From contig MU053557.1 of NCBI GenBank assembly GCA_013239625.1, forward strand, positions 5,405,842-5,469,841: 64,000 bases of DNA, written 5' to 3'. The position numbers and the translations under genes were made by a program. The notes under the pieces were generated by a model. The model was not told where the DNA came from, ran no database searches, and worked only from the letters and a program-made list of their open reading frames with translations. The DNA comes from Lama guanicoe. Lineage: Eukaryota. Of this stretch, positions 1 to 13,697 are shown in pieces (position 1 is the first letter of the stretch; every line of letters begins with the position of its first letter).

Positions 1-228
<228 letters not shown>

Positions 229-750
229 CTATCTTTGGTTTGTGGAGGCTGAATGTCCCAAAGAGGTGACTCCTGATCCTCTAAGCCTCCCCAAAAAGGA
301 AAACAATTTCCAAATATCTGACTTAAACTCTCCAACTTTATCAGAGCCCTCACTGGCCAGAAAAACTCTTGCCATTAGCCATGGCCATCTTTGCTCAGCC
401 CAGCCTGTCGGCTCTGCAGGGGCTCTAGATTGGCCTGGGGCCGGCTCTGAGCGGACTGCTCTTCCCCAAGGCCCCAGGAGGCCAGGTACTTCCACCCTCT
501 CCCCTCCCCTCCCCTCCCTGAGGGCTGTTTGCACATCTCTGGACCCAGAAACAGGGGTTCAGATTGCAGCTCCACACCACAGCAGCTTAGGCCGGGTGGC
601 CAGCCTCAGTTTCTGCATCTATGAAGTGGGCACATGGCCATCTTCCTTGCAGGGTTGTTGCCAGGCTGGGCAGGATCAAGGTTTTGAAAAGGATGCACGA
701 CTGCACAGGTGCAGGGGCCATGCAGGTGTGAGGAGCCCGTGCATACCTAC

Positions 751-911
751 CAGAGGGGACGTAGTTATCGTAAGGAGCCATGTAGTTGGAGGACTCGATG
801 TCTGCGTATTTGACATCCCCTTTCATGTCCAGCATGGGCACGTAGTCCACTGACTCATCCTTGCTCATGTCCATGTAGCCGCCGTCACTCTCCCCGGGCA
901 GGGACACGTGG
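751..911 (-). CDS. PDGFRB: PDGFRB exon 16 (kinase insert; YMDM, YVPM, YADI, YMAP docking tyrosines)
   Basis: ORF 587..907; ccccag| acceptor, |gtaggt donor; 161 nt. Confidence 0.97.
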
Positions 912-1957
912 CTGGGGGCAGAGGAGTATCACAGGAGAGGCACAGGCTCTCCCCTCTCCTCCCTCTCCTGCCCCTCTGCTCATCCCTGGGGCCTGCAAGG
1001 CTCTGTCACTCATGTATTTCTTCTCTCCCTCCCTCCCACCCCTAGTCTGTCACAATATGAATGACCAGGTAGAGAGCCCTTCCAGCCAACCTCAGACCCA
1101 CCCTGAGCTGGGCACTGGGGCTGCCAAGATGACATAAGTCCCAGGGCATGTCCTCAGAGAACTCACACCCAGGGGTGATTACAGCACCCCAGGACAAGGG
1201 TCACAAGAAGGGCCTGTACCCAGATGTCTTTCTGGGGCCTGTAAAGTACTGTGCAGCCATGATGCCCTGCGAGTGGGCAATGATTGCCTTAGTGCCTCTG
1301 CCTGCAGCTTCAGCTCCCCAGAGAGCTGCAGGACTATGTCCATATGTGCCTCTAGGGGGAGGGAAGGAAATCAGTCAAAATGTTGGGGAGGACATGGGTT
1401 AATGCTATTCTGAAGTTACTCTTATCTCTGCAATAAACATGTATTGCTTTTGTGATCAGCCAAAGAATGAAGAAATGTTATTTTTGGAAAAGAAGAAGAA
1501 AGGGGTTGAGCTGCCCTGGGGGCAGTGGAGAGACTGGTGTGTGGAGGGAGTGGGGAAGCCACGGTGAGGGAGCAGAAGAGTGTGGAGCCAGACAGTGAGG
1601 GTCGCCTGGGACAGGAGGGCGCTGGGTGCTCCCCATGGAGGGGGAGAAGGTAACAGGACACGAGATGGGGCAGGGTGAGGGGTCAAGAGGTCACATGTGC
1701 AGAGTGCTCAGCATGGAGCCTGGCACACCTTGGACAGTCAGTAGGTGGTCCCCCCCATCATCACGGTCATGACTGTCATGCCCTCATCTGGGGTGGCAGA
1801 GGCCCAGGTCTCAGGCTGACTGGGGAGACAAGTGAAACCTGGCTCCAGGAGTGACTCTGCCCACCCTGGTCTCAGCCTCCTGTCCTGGACAAGGAGGGAG
1901 TGAGCAGGCGCTCCTCAGGGCCCCCACGGACTCAGGTCCTGGCCCCCCTCCTGGCAC

Positions 1958-2117
1958 CTGAGCAGCGGGAGCCCGCCGGGCAGGGCGTTGCTGTAGAGCT
2001 CAGCACTGGGCGGGCGTCGCTTGTCGGAGCAGCGCTGCAGGAAGGTGTGCTTGTTGCGGTGCAGGTAGTCCACCAGGTCGCCGTAGCGGCAGTACTCGGT
2101 GATGATGTAGATGGGCC
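1958..2117 (-). CDS. PDGFRB: PDGFRB exon 15 ([26 protein letters not shown]...)
   Basis: ccgcag| acceptor, |gtgcca donor; 160 nt; manual translation gives the hinge/gatekeeper region. Confidence 0.95.
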
Positions 2118-2839
2118 CTGCGGAGGCACAGGCTCAGGGACAGTCCCCGGGGAGGCCAAGGCCTTCCGGGCAGGGCCATGAGACTAATGACAGGCTGCAT
2201 GGGGGACAGCAAAGAGGCATAGGCGCCAGGCAAACTTAGTTCTTTTCCTGATTGTGAGCAAGGCACTTGGTCTCCGTCAGCCTTACTTTCCTCATCTGTT
2301 AAATGGGGCTATGAATACCCACCTCAAGTTGCTGCATTGAGTACCCATGAGTTAATGCCTTTGTCAGCTCAGCTTAGTGCCTGGCATGCAGCAAGCGCAG
2401 GGTTAGTGGTTATTGATAAAGTTTATTTGGGAGCCAAGTATATAAAGTAAACAAAGGCAACTGTTTATTATTGGGTTACTGTTTAAATTCAAACCCAACA
2501 CACTGACCTAAAGTCAACTGGTGACAGCTTGAAGATACCAGTGGAATCAAAAATTCCGAAATGTGTGATCACTGCAAATTCAAACTGGCCTACGTACACA
2601 ACACACTTCCGCATTTGTCTTGGTTGCACAACACTGAGGAAAGTCCCAAATCTCACAATAAGCAGCTGCAAATAGTGATAACATTTGTTTTGCAGCCTAG
2701 CTTGTAATCAGAGTCTCAAATAAACACACCTGGCTGGAGCGCCCTTATTCTATGATCCGAAGACAGCAGCTCCCAGCGAGCATGCTGGCAGTCTCCAGAG
2801 CTGGGGGAGTCATTCACTTCAGTGTCGCATGAGCTGTCA

Positions 2840-3707
<868 letters not shown>

Positions 3708-4240
3708 TCAGCTCCTGGCCCACCAGGAAGCTGTATCCCTCACCCTCTGTCAGGTCAGCGTAGACATCCCTCAAGCCACCATGGACTTAAGGAGTTTCCC
3801 CCATGGAGGCTCCTAAAATCAGAGTGCATCCCCGTCCTTCCTTGTCTTGTCTAAGTCCTGCCTGCTTTCTGGCCTATCTTTAGTTCCTGGAAGCTTTTCT
3901 CCCACTGCAGAGAGGAGTACAGCTTCTCTGCACCTTCTCAGCCTCTCCAGCTAGACTCAGCACAGGCCTGGCGCTCGGCCTGCCCTCCATTAATATTTCC
4001 TCTCTCGCCACGAAGGCGTCCCATCTCACACAGTCACAGGATCACAGGACCTCAATGCTGGACAGTTCTTGGAAGATCATCTTGTCCCCTTTGTACACAG
4101 GAGGGGACTGAGGCCAGAGAAGGCAAGACTTCAGCCCTAGGTCTCAAAGCTAGTCATGGCAAGGCTGGGCCCAGATCTCAGACAGTGTTCCCACCCGCCT
4201 CAAGTCCCCTGACTGCCATTTGAGGCCTCCCTGGACTGAC

Positions 4241-4373
4241 CAAGCACAAGCTGGTCCCGAGGCAGCTCCCAGGTGGAGTCATAGGGCAGCTGCATAGGGT
4301 CCACATAGATGTACTCGTGGCCATCAGAGCTCACAGATTCAATCACCTTCCATCGGATCTCGTAGCGTGGCTT
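4241..4373 (-). CDS. PDGFRB: PDGFRB exon 12 (juxtamembrane [44 protein letters not shown])
   Basis: ORF 4200..4610; cgcag| and |gtcagt; 133 nt. Confidence 0.97.
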
Positions 4374-5300
4374 CTGCGGGACCAAGACCAGGTATAGAAC
4401 ATCAGAGGGAGTCTGGGCCTTGAGGCCCACTAGGTCCACTTCCTTATGGAACAGATAGGCCAGGAGACCCTGAGGCCCAGAGAGGGGCAGTGGCATAACT
4501 GAAGTCACACAGCAAGTTACTGATAGAGCCAAGGCCTTCATGGGCTCTGCGGGAACAGGTGCCAGGGGGAGGTGGCTGAGGAGCAGCTGATGGCTGAGGG
4601 GCAGGCTCATCAGAACCGCCTCACCAGCTTCTCCCAGAACTCCGGCTGCTCCTCAGATGGGAGTAGATGAGCAGGCAGCTCTGGAAAGTGACATGAGGCA
4701 GGGACAATGTGCCAGATGTGGATGGCCCCTCCCACACTGGGTCAGTCACAGTGGGAATCTCAGCAAGATGTAACCTTAGAATGTTGAAATCACAGGATGT
4801 TGGAATCACAGTATTGGAACTTTAGAATGATAGAATCATGGCTACAATCCTGTGCTGGAATCACAGAATGGTGAAATCTCAGAAGAGACCATTGAAATTA
4901 CTGATTCATATAATTAGACTGCATTTCAGTAGGATGCTGGGAGTCTCTGTGGGTGAGAGCTGGAAGAATGCTAGAGCCCATGCAGTCCTCCTCGAAGGCC
5001 CCACACTCTGTGGCTGGGATGGGCAGGGATGATGCCTGAGTAGGACTCTGGGTGGGGAGCCGGGTGCACAGCAGAGACAGGAAAGCCTGGATGGCCTGGA
5101 CCAAGCCCACGTTGGCCCAGGCTGCTGGGTTTGGAGGCAGGTCAGATACCCAGCATCACTGTAGATCACTTTACACCTGAGCTCCATGCTGGGCTCCGGA
5201 CACAACCAGATCCTGCAGCACTAGAGGACGGCATGGTTGGGGGTGGGGGGATCCATGCAAAAAAAAAAACGGTGTGCCAGTGTGTACCCAGGGGGCTTAC

Positions 5301-5395
5301 CTTCTGCCAGAGCATGATGAGGATGATGAGGGAGATGATTGTGAGGACGACCAAGGCGAGGATGGCTGAGATCACCACCACCTTGAAGGGCAGGG
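5301..5395 (-). CDS. PDGFRB: PDGFRB exon 11 (transmembrane helix [25 protein letters not shown])
   Basis: ORF 5166..5411; tccag| and |gtaagc; 95 nt. Confidence 0.97.
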
Positions 5396-7039
5396 CTGGA
5401 AGCAGAGACAAGAGGTGCTAACGAGCAAACAGGGTACTGGCATCTCCCCTCCCTTCACTCCACCTCTGGTGCCACAAATTCCTCTCTGTCCATCCTGCCC
5501 ACAGTGGAACCAGCCCCATTCCCCTCTTGGCCTATGATGTCAGACCCTTAACCTCTTCCCTCTGGGCCACATCTTCAGCCTCTTCCATAAATACTCCGTG
5601 CCCTGCAGGAACTACCTCTGGATCACTATCAGCCTCCATACCCCATCAGCCTCTGCCAGGGTCCGTTTGGCCTGTCTGTCATAGCTCCAGATTGGATGCA
5701 AGCTCCTGACAGCCGGGCAGTGGCTTAGCTCTCCTCCGAATCCATGCCCTGGCTGGGGCTGTCACAGCTAGGACAGAGCCTGACCGAGGGGCCAATGGAT
5801 CTAGTGACTGAGCTCCCACAGCCTGATGCACCCAGACTGCAGAAAGGAGCCCATTTCCTCCCCTATTTCACGCCAAGTGCCCACCTGGGGCCGAGGTAGT
5901 GATGGTAGTTATAACGTACCCCCCCCCCCGAGGAAATCGGGGTAACCAAGTAGGACCAACTCTGGCTCCTGCAAGCCCTGAGTCTCCTCCACCTTCAAGG
6001 CCTCAACTTCTCTGCTGCACAGTTACCCACTCCTTCCCACTCACTCTGCATCCATCCTAGCCAGACCCCCGTCTCCCCTGCCTTGCCCCTCTGGCCACCC
6101 ATGTGGTCCCCTGGGAACTCATTCTATTCTCCTCTGTCCCCCGCCTGCCCTCCTCTGCTCTCTAGAGAGCCCTGTTCCTCCTCCTCAAGGACTCAGACCA
6201 ACATCACTCCTCTCCTCCTTCTCCCCACCAGGTCACACATCCTGGGAAGGAAGGCCGCATCTTCTAGGGAGCTACCTCTGAGTAAAAAGAGGAGCCTCCA
6301 TCCAGCCATTGCAGTCCTCCGTGGGCTGGTGCATGGCTCTCCTCTTATGGCACAAAAATGTTTCCCTTCTGCCTTGCTCAGGGCTGGTCTGCAGGTGCCC
6401 ACTTGCTCAAGGATACGTGTGCATGTGTGAGAGCGTGGGTGAGACAAGGTATTAAAATCTCCACCTATCCCACCACAGGGCAGGGGGAGGCAGGTCACTT
6501 ACACATGGCAACTGCACTTACACATGGACCTACCCAAGTGCAGCCATAAGTGTATCACAACACCTCGTACAGACTTCACAGCTCTGCTTGTACTGGCTTC
6601 TGCCTTCCCCTGTAGCCCCATCCCTTACCACTCCCCTCCCCTTTATCTCCTCCTCCAGTCCTTAAATAAACACATACTCTGCTCTCTAGCCAGGCTGAAT
6701 TCCATTAACTTTGCTAAACCCACTTTGCCTCTGGGCTTTTGAACAGGCTATTCCCTCTAACTGGAACGCTGTTCCTCACCAAGCTAACTCCTACTTATCT
6801 TTCAGCTATTGACTTTTAGCTTCCTTTTACCAGGACATTTTCTTGAATCCCACAGCTGGGTATGGAGCCCCTTCTCCATCTAGGCTTTTACCCCAAAGTG
6901 TGACCCCCATAAGTCTAGTTCCTTGTCTGCCTTCTCTCTGGACTGTAGGCACTAGGCGGACAGGCAGTGCTGGGTCTTCTCCACTGAGAAGGTGAGACCC
7001 TGTCACTATTTACTGAATGAGGAAACAGGTGAATAAATG

Positions 7040-7720
7040 AAGTACATGCACACAGGTACATACGTGTACAGGGACTGGCAGGTAGCAATAGCATCTGGGC
7101 ACTAGTAGGGACTGTTCACATAGACGAGAATTATGCAGGTGTGTGTACCTGCTAACAGACATGCACAGCACAGAGGCATATATGCACAGGGCTCGGGCTG
7201 CACACTTTTACAGAAGGGTGTGTTGCCTCTCCATACTTATAGACATGCACTATGTCAGCACACACATGTGCACAGGAGTGGTAAATGCATCATTTGCATA
7301 CTTGTATGGGGATCACACATCTGCATGTACATGCCTACAGATATTCACTCGTGGGTTTATATAACTGCCTGGGGCTTGGGCATGCTCATGTTCATGATTT
7401 ACAAACATACAGTCACTGGGTTTTCACACATAAACATGCTTGCATACGTGCTCACACACACACACACACACTCTTTAGCTTTATGCATGTGTCTGGGGAT
7501 TGGGCATTCTTCATTCTGTGGGTTACAAATCTACACTTGGAGGGTATGCACCCATGTCCAAGGATCAGGCATGCTCACATACACAACTTATGATGTACAT
7601 ACAGTGTACATACTACTACACTTTGAGGGGACAGTGCTGTTTAGAGTCGGTTTATACACATATACTTGTGGACGTACACGTGTGCCACTATTGTGCTGCT
7701 GTGTATGTGCATAAGAACAT
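7040..7720. repeat. Degenerate CA/TG (alternating purine-pyrimidine) low-complexity tract including (CA)9 at about 7453-7470; similar tract at about 18150-18600
   Basis: Dense cacac/gtgtg/atgca words. Confidence 0.7.
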
Positions 7721-7856
7721 ACCCCCCCACAATGCTCCTGAGTGCCCTGGCCGTGCTGACTCTGACCTGCCGTGGGCACCCAGGTACCTTCCAAGAGTGG
7801 CAGGACTGATGTGGGGGTGAGGGGTCGTGAAGGGCCACGGACGATGGAGGACTCAC

Positions 7857-8068
7857 AATGCGGCACCACGGTGACCTCCTGCATATCGTGGCCCAGCAGG
7901 TTGTGCAGCGTGCAGCGCACCGACAGGGGCTGATCCACGCGGCGCAGGCGCAGCGTGCTCACCACCTCGAACTCCTGCTCCTCCGCCCAGTACGTCACGT
8001 TCGTCTCCAGCTGGCTCTCCTCCTGGGAACTGTTCCCCAGCGGCGTGGGCGGCAGCTCGCGCGGACAC
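7857..8068 (-). CDS. PDGFRB: PDGFRB exon 10 (Ig5 C-terminal part)
   Basis: ORF 7588..7998; ggcag| and |gtgagt; 212 nt. Confidence 0.96.
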
Positions 8069-8465
8069 CTGCCGTGAGAGCAGCCAGGTCAGCTTCCAGG
8101 AAAACTGAGCCACGACAGCGCCACGGGGTGGTGGCGGAACGAGGCTGGAGGCGTCCAATTCATTTTTTCCCCCGCCGCCTGGTCCTAAACCCGTTCCTCC
8201 TGTGATCCCTCAACTGACCAGCAGGGGCGCTCCTACCCCAGAATTGAGAACCCTAGATGGCAAAATCCACTCTTCATTTGACCCTCAGGGTCAAGGTGAG
8301 AAAAAGCGACAATTAAGGTCATGCAGAGTATCTCCAAGAAGCCACATCAGGACTTGGCTCTAGCCTGAAACAATGTTTTCAGAGGAAGACGGACTAGATG
8401 ACTTTCACTGGGTACTTCAGCCAGCTGTGGGTACCCTGGGGGACTGAGGCCGGGGGTCTGCTCAC

Positions 8466-8589
8466 CTTTTGAGGTCGCTACACGTGGACCAGGTGAGGTG
8501 TGGCTGGGGCATGCCCCGGCCGCGACAGCGGACTGTCTGCTCCCCGCTGGCAGGGTGGCTCTCACTCAGCTCCAGCACACGGACGGGCA
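8466..8589 (-). CDS. PDGFRB: PDGFRB exon 9 ([42 protein letters not shown])
   Basis: tgcag| and |gtgagc; 124 nt; manual translation. Confidence 0.95.
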
Positions 8590-9019
8590 CTGCATGGAGA
8601 GGGCCCGGGAGATGGAGAGGACAGAACAGACAGTTAATGGGAAAGGCCCTCAGGGCCCAGAGTCTCCCTTGTGCAGGGGGAGCTGCAGAGTGCAGGTGAA
8701 CAGTAAATACCGGGAATCACAGTGCGAAAACTGACAGATTCCCTTTCTGAGTCCTTCAAAGGGAAGGCCTCAGTAGGGTGCTAGTCTGCCTTTAACACCT
8801 CTCTGAGGTTTGCTAATCTTCCCTTTCAACAAAGAGCAACAGAGCCCTGGGCAGCCAAGAACATAGAGCCAGAATTTAATAGCATTGTTTTGTTTCCTCA
8901 GAGTTTATTTTAGTGGTGGCTTTATATTTATGACATGTGATGCTGATTTTCCATCTACAATGGAGAGGTTCAATTTTCATTCAAAATAAATTTATTTTTA
9001 GAAAGTCAGTTGACAAAAC

Positions 9020-9595
9020 AGTAAGTCATTATTGTGTCATTTCTCCGCTCAAAACCCTGCAGTGGCTCTTCATTTCAGTCACAGTAAAAGCCAAAGTCCA
9101 CACGAGGGCCCATAAGGGCCTGCAGATCTTCTCCTCCCTGGCCCAACAACTGCCCCCTCTCAGCTCTGACCTCATCTCCCACCAGGCTCCCCCTCGCTCC
9201 ATTCTGGCCACACGGGCCTCTCTGTGTTGCTCCTCCCTTTGCACTGCCCGCTGTGCCCTTTCCCCAAATAGCCACTTGGCTAATGCCCTCACCTTCAGCA
9301 AGTCTTCACACACACGTCACCTCCGTGAGGCCAGCCCTGATGCAGCTGTTTAAAACTGCAGCCCTCCCCACGCCCCTGCCTCAGGGGGACTCCAGCCTCC
9401 CTACCCTACAAAATTTTCCTTTTTCTTTCACAGCACTTGTTAGCTTCTCACCTTGTATGTGGCTTGCTGTTTTTTCCCCTACTGTTGAATGTCTACCCTC
9501 CCCGCACTGGGATGCGAGCTGCATGGTGGCAGGGCCTCAACAACCTTGAATGGACTGGCATATTGTAGTTGCTCAGTAAATATCCATCTAATTAG
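9020..9595 (+). mobile_element. L2 3'-end fragment
   Basis: ctcaaaaccctgcagtggctc...gtaaaagccaaagtcc...ctggcatattgtagttgctcagtaaatat, the typical L2 3' pattern. Confidence 0.65.
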
Positions 9596-9661
9596 TAGTA
9601 CAGTGTGAGTGGTATATGAGAAGGAAACATCACTGGGACATGAACGCCTGGGGTTTTGTCA

Positions 9662-10240
<579 letters not shown>

Positions 10241-10681
10241 TCATCCCTTTCAGAAAGGCCTGACACTGCTTTATCCTAACATGCAGCACCTCATGTCAGC
10301 CTGCTAATCTCCGTCCTCAGGGTTACCATTCATGCACAGGTGGCAGTGGCCCACCTGGCACCCTCTTCCTCAGTCATCCCCCCCTTTTCTCCTCCAGTGC
10401 TTCCTGTTGCCTCCACCCATCACAAGGACAACTAAACATCTGGGTGATCATCTGACCAGTGTCTGTTTCCCCCACTAGACAGGAAATTCTAGGAAGGCTG
10501 GAACTGTCTGTTCTGTTCTCTGCAGCATCCCCAGGGTCTGGAACGGGGGTGCCTGGCATGTAGCAGGCTCTCAGAAAAGATGGGCCTTGGTTTACCAAGT
10601 AGCTGAAAGCTGTGGGCTGCCTGGTGGCTGGCTGCAGAGAATAATAACTTCCAGAATAGGGTGGACAGGTCGGCTGCTCAC

Positions 10682-10874
10682 CGGGTCTCCGACACATTGC
10701 GTGTGGACAGCACGATCTCGCCGGCGCTGGAATCACCCAGGGTCCTGTTGTCCTTGAACCACATGACAGTGGGAGGTGGGTAGGCCTCGAAAACCACATG
10801 CAGTGTCCGGCTGCGGTGCAGCTCTGCGAATTGTACAGGGTCCAGCTCCTCCAGCAGCTGCACATAGCCGCTCT
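10682..10874 (-). CDS. PDGFRB: PDGFRB exon 7 (Ig4 N-terminal part)
   Basis: ORF 10678..10917; ttgcag| and |gtgagc; 193 nt. Confidence 0.96.
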
Positions 10875-11459
10875 CTGCAAGGGGGCAGCAGTCAGGGGCA
10901 GGGCTATGCCTGCCCACCCATGGGGCAGTGCCTCTTGGGGGCGGGCATCAATTGTATGCCTAAGTCATCCAGCCTTCTAGGGGAGGGGCTTCAGGCTTTA
11001 GGAATTGAATCAGCGATGGAGTTACCTGAACTGGGGTTTAGGTTGGGACAGGGACGGGCTGGAGCAAGAGCCAAGTTTAGGGCTGATACTGGTTTGGGCC
11101 CTGGGTTCGGAACTGGGACTAGAGTTGTAGCGCTCATTGGGTGTGTTCCGCCTCAGGACTGTGGCTGAGATGAACAGCAGCCTGGCTGAATTTGGGGATG
11201 GGGCTGCCTGAGCCTGGGATGGCAGTTAGGATTAGAAATTGGGATGGGGCTGGGGTTCTGGCTAGGCAGAAAGTCTAGGTTGGGATTAGGATTGGATTGG
11301 GGGCTGACACTGAACTTTGGTTTGGGCTTATCCTGGAAATGGGGCTTTGATCGACATAGGCTAGAACTGGACTGGAACATGGCTGACAGTACCCCAGGGC
11401 TGTGACAAGGTCTGGGGCCAGTTCAGAATAAGGGTGGGGGCTGAGACCAAGGCACCTAC

Positions 11460-11631
11460 CGACTACAGTGACATTGATGGCCTTTTCATCTCGATGGTCG
11501 CTTACACTATCTGATACATTGCAGATGTAGGTCCCTGAGTCTCCCAGCTCGGCACTGGGGATGTGCAGGATAGAACGTATGTGGGGCATCTCAAAGAGGA
11601 AGTCAGTCACTGGCTCTACCAGCCGCCCACT
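11460..11631 (-). CDS. PDGFRB: PDGFRB exon 6 (Ig3 C-terminal part)
   Basis: ORF 11275..11706; tacag| and |gtaggt; 172 nt. Confidence 0.95.
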
Positions 11632-11665
11632 CTGTAGGGACAGGTGAGGCAAGCCCCTCAAATCA

Positions 11666-11893
<228 letters not shown>

Positions 11894-12164
11894 TTAGGGC
11901 TGAGGAAGTCACCGCCAGCCAGCAGCACATCAACTTGGGGATGAGGTTGGGGTCCAGAGAGGAAAGGGATGACTGGTGTGGAAGATTCATTCTTTCAGCA
12001 AACATTTCTTAAATACATACTATGTGCCAAGTACTGTTACAGGCACTGGGGCTTTAGCAGTAAACACAGCGCACAAAATTCCTGCCCTCATGAGGCTGCC
12101 ATTCTGGGAGAAATAACAGTTTTGAAATCAAATTACTCTCTGTACATCTAATTACAAAAGAAAT

Positions 12165-12380
12165 TTACTGAGCACAACCAGGTACTCTCCGTCTTTTGTT
12201 TTATTTAATCTTCACAATAATCCCACTAGGTAGGCAGTCAATATTATCCCCATTTCACAGAGGATGAAGCAGACTCAGAGAGATTATGTGCCTTGTGCAA
12301 AGCCACTCAGATGGGAAGTGGCAGAGCTGGGATTCAGAGCTGGGTGCCTTTGCCCAACACAGCATACAGCCTAGCCCCAC
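12165..12380 (-). mobile_element. MIR SINE (representative; many more MIR cores, e.g. about 22400-22640, 28270-28460, 36780-36980, 41720-41940, 45140-45340)
   Basis: attatccccatttcacagagg...gactcagagag...agtggcagagctgggattc, the MIR core. Confidence 0.7.
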
Positions 12381-12594
12381 CACTAATGCTTCCCGTGACC
12401 TTGGACATACTCCACCCTCTTTCTGAGACTCAGTTTTCTCATCTGTAAAATGGGGAGACATACCTGCCTTCCAAGGATGTAGTGCAAATCCAGTGAAAAG
12501 TGGAATGCCCACTTTGTAACCTGTGAAGGTCTGTACCTCTGCAGAGGGTCATACTTGCCTCTGCTGAGCATCAGGCCAGAAAGAGGGGGCTCAC

Positions 12595-12861
12595 CCTGGA
12601 GGCTGTAGACATAGTAGGCATCGGAATCCACTTCCCTGTCCCCAATGGTGGTTTTGCAGACATAGGTCTTGTCCTCAAAGGTCCCAGAGAAGCCACGTTG
12701 GTGATCATAGGAGATGGGCAGTGGGACATCCACCTTCTTCTCGTGCAGCGTCACCACCAATCGTGGATCCGTCACCCGGCATGGAATTGTGATTTCAGTT
12801 ATTTCCGTGAGAAAGATGAAGAGTTCCTCAGGGTCGACAGGGAGGAAGCCTATGGTGGGAT
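12595..12861 (-). CDS. PDGFRB: PDGFRB exon 4 (Ig2)
   Basis: ORF 12383..12880; ggcag| and |gtgagc; 267 nt. Confidence 0.97.
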
Positions 12862-13373
12862 CTGCCAGAAGTGGGGCCAAGAATGTGGGTCAGGGGAGCT
12901 GGGTTTCTGGCTGTCCCCTGATTTGTTATGTGACCTTGAGCAGGTCTCTTCCCACCTCTGGCCCTCAGTCTTCCCACTACGGAATAAGGATGCTTTCAGA
13001 GGTCCCTTCTAGCTTTAGCATTTGATAGGGACAGCACCAGTGTGAGAAAGAAGATAAATCACAAGTTGATGGGCAGCTGGCACCTGGAGCTTGGAGAATG
13101 GGGAAGATGAGACATGGAGGCCAAGAGGGGGCATATTGGAACCAGCTGAGAATGCAGAGTTCTTGGGAACCAGGAATGGGGTGTGTGGGAGCAGAAAAAT
13201 CTCCAGACCAAGGGGTGGGAGTGAACATACTCCTAGACTGATTCCGTGATTCCCCTGCATTTCCAAGATAGCTGTGTTTCACCATATCAGTAAAGCGCTC
13301 TCTGAGCTTCCCCCAGATGCCTGCAGTTGAGAAGAGGAGTTAGGGAGTGAGCACACAGGCCGGGGGTCCTTAC

Positions 13374-13697
13374 CTGGCACAAAGATGTACAGCCGCTTCC
13401 GCTCACTGGCCTCCAGCCCATGGGAGCCATTGTAGGTACAAAAGTATTCTCCCGTGTGGAGCCCAGTGACATTGGCCAGTGTCAGCTTGCTGGAGAACGT
13501 GCTGTCCTGGGTCTTGGTTATTTCCTGTGGGGGGTTCTGGGACATCCGTTCCCACACCACTGGAGCTGGACCCGAGCAGGTCAGAACAAAGGTGCTGGAG
13601 AGATTGAGGACAAGCTCCGGCCCCGGGGGTGTGATGACCAGGCCCCAGGAGGCCTGCGGTCCCAGCAGCAACAGCAGGGGCAGCAACAGCTCCTGGC
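13374..13697 (-). CDS. PDGFRB: PDGFRB exon 3 (rest of signal peptide + Ig1)
   Basis: ORF 13279..13725; tcttctcccaaag| acceptor, |gtaagg donor; 324 nt. Confidence 0.96.

Noticed and set aside
4770..4885. Repeated tagaat/ggaatcacag words resembling an array
   Set aside because: A degenerate simple repeat of the kind seen at MIR ends; no constant repeat-spacer structure, and CRISPR is irrelevant in a mammalian genome.
7133..7714. His/Cys/Thr-rich ORFs (also 18022-18600)
   Set aside because: Translation artefacts of degenerate CA/TG repeats, not zinc fingers.
8218..8231. CTCF-like CCAGCAGGGGCGCT
   Set aside because: One G short of the core spacing, so a poor match.
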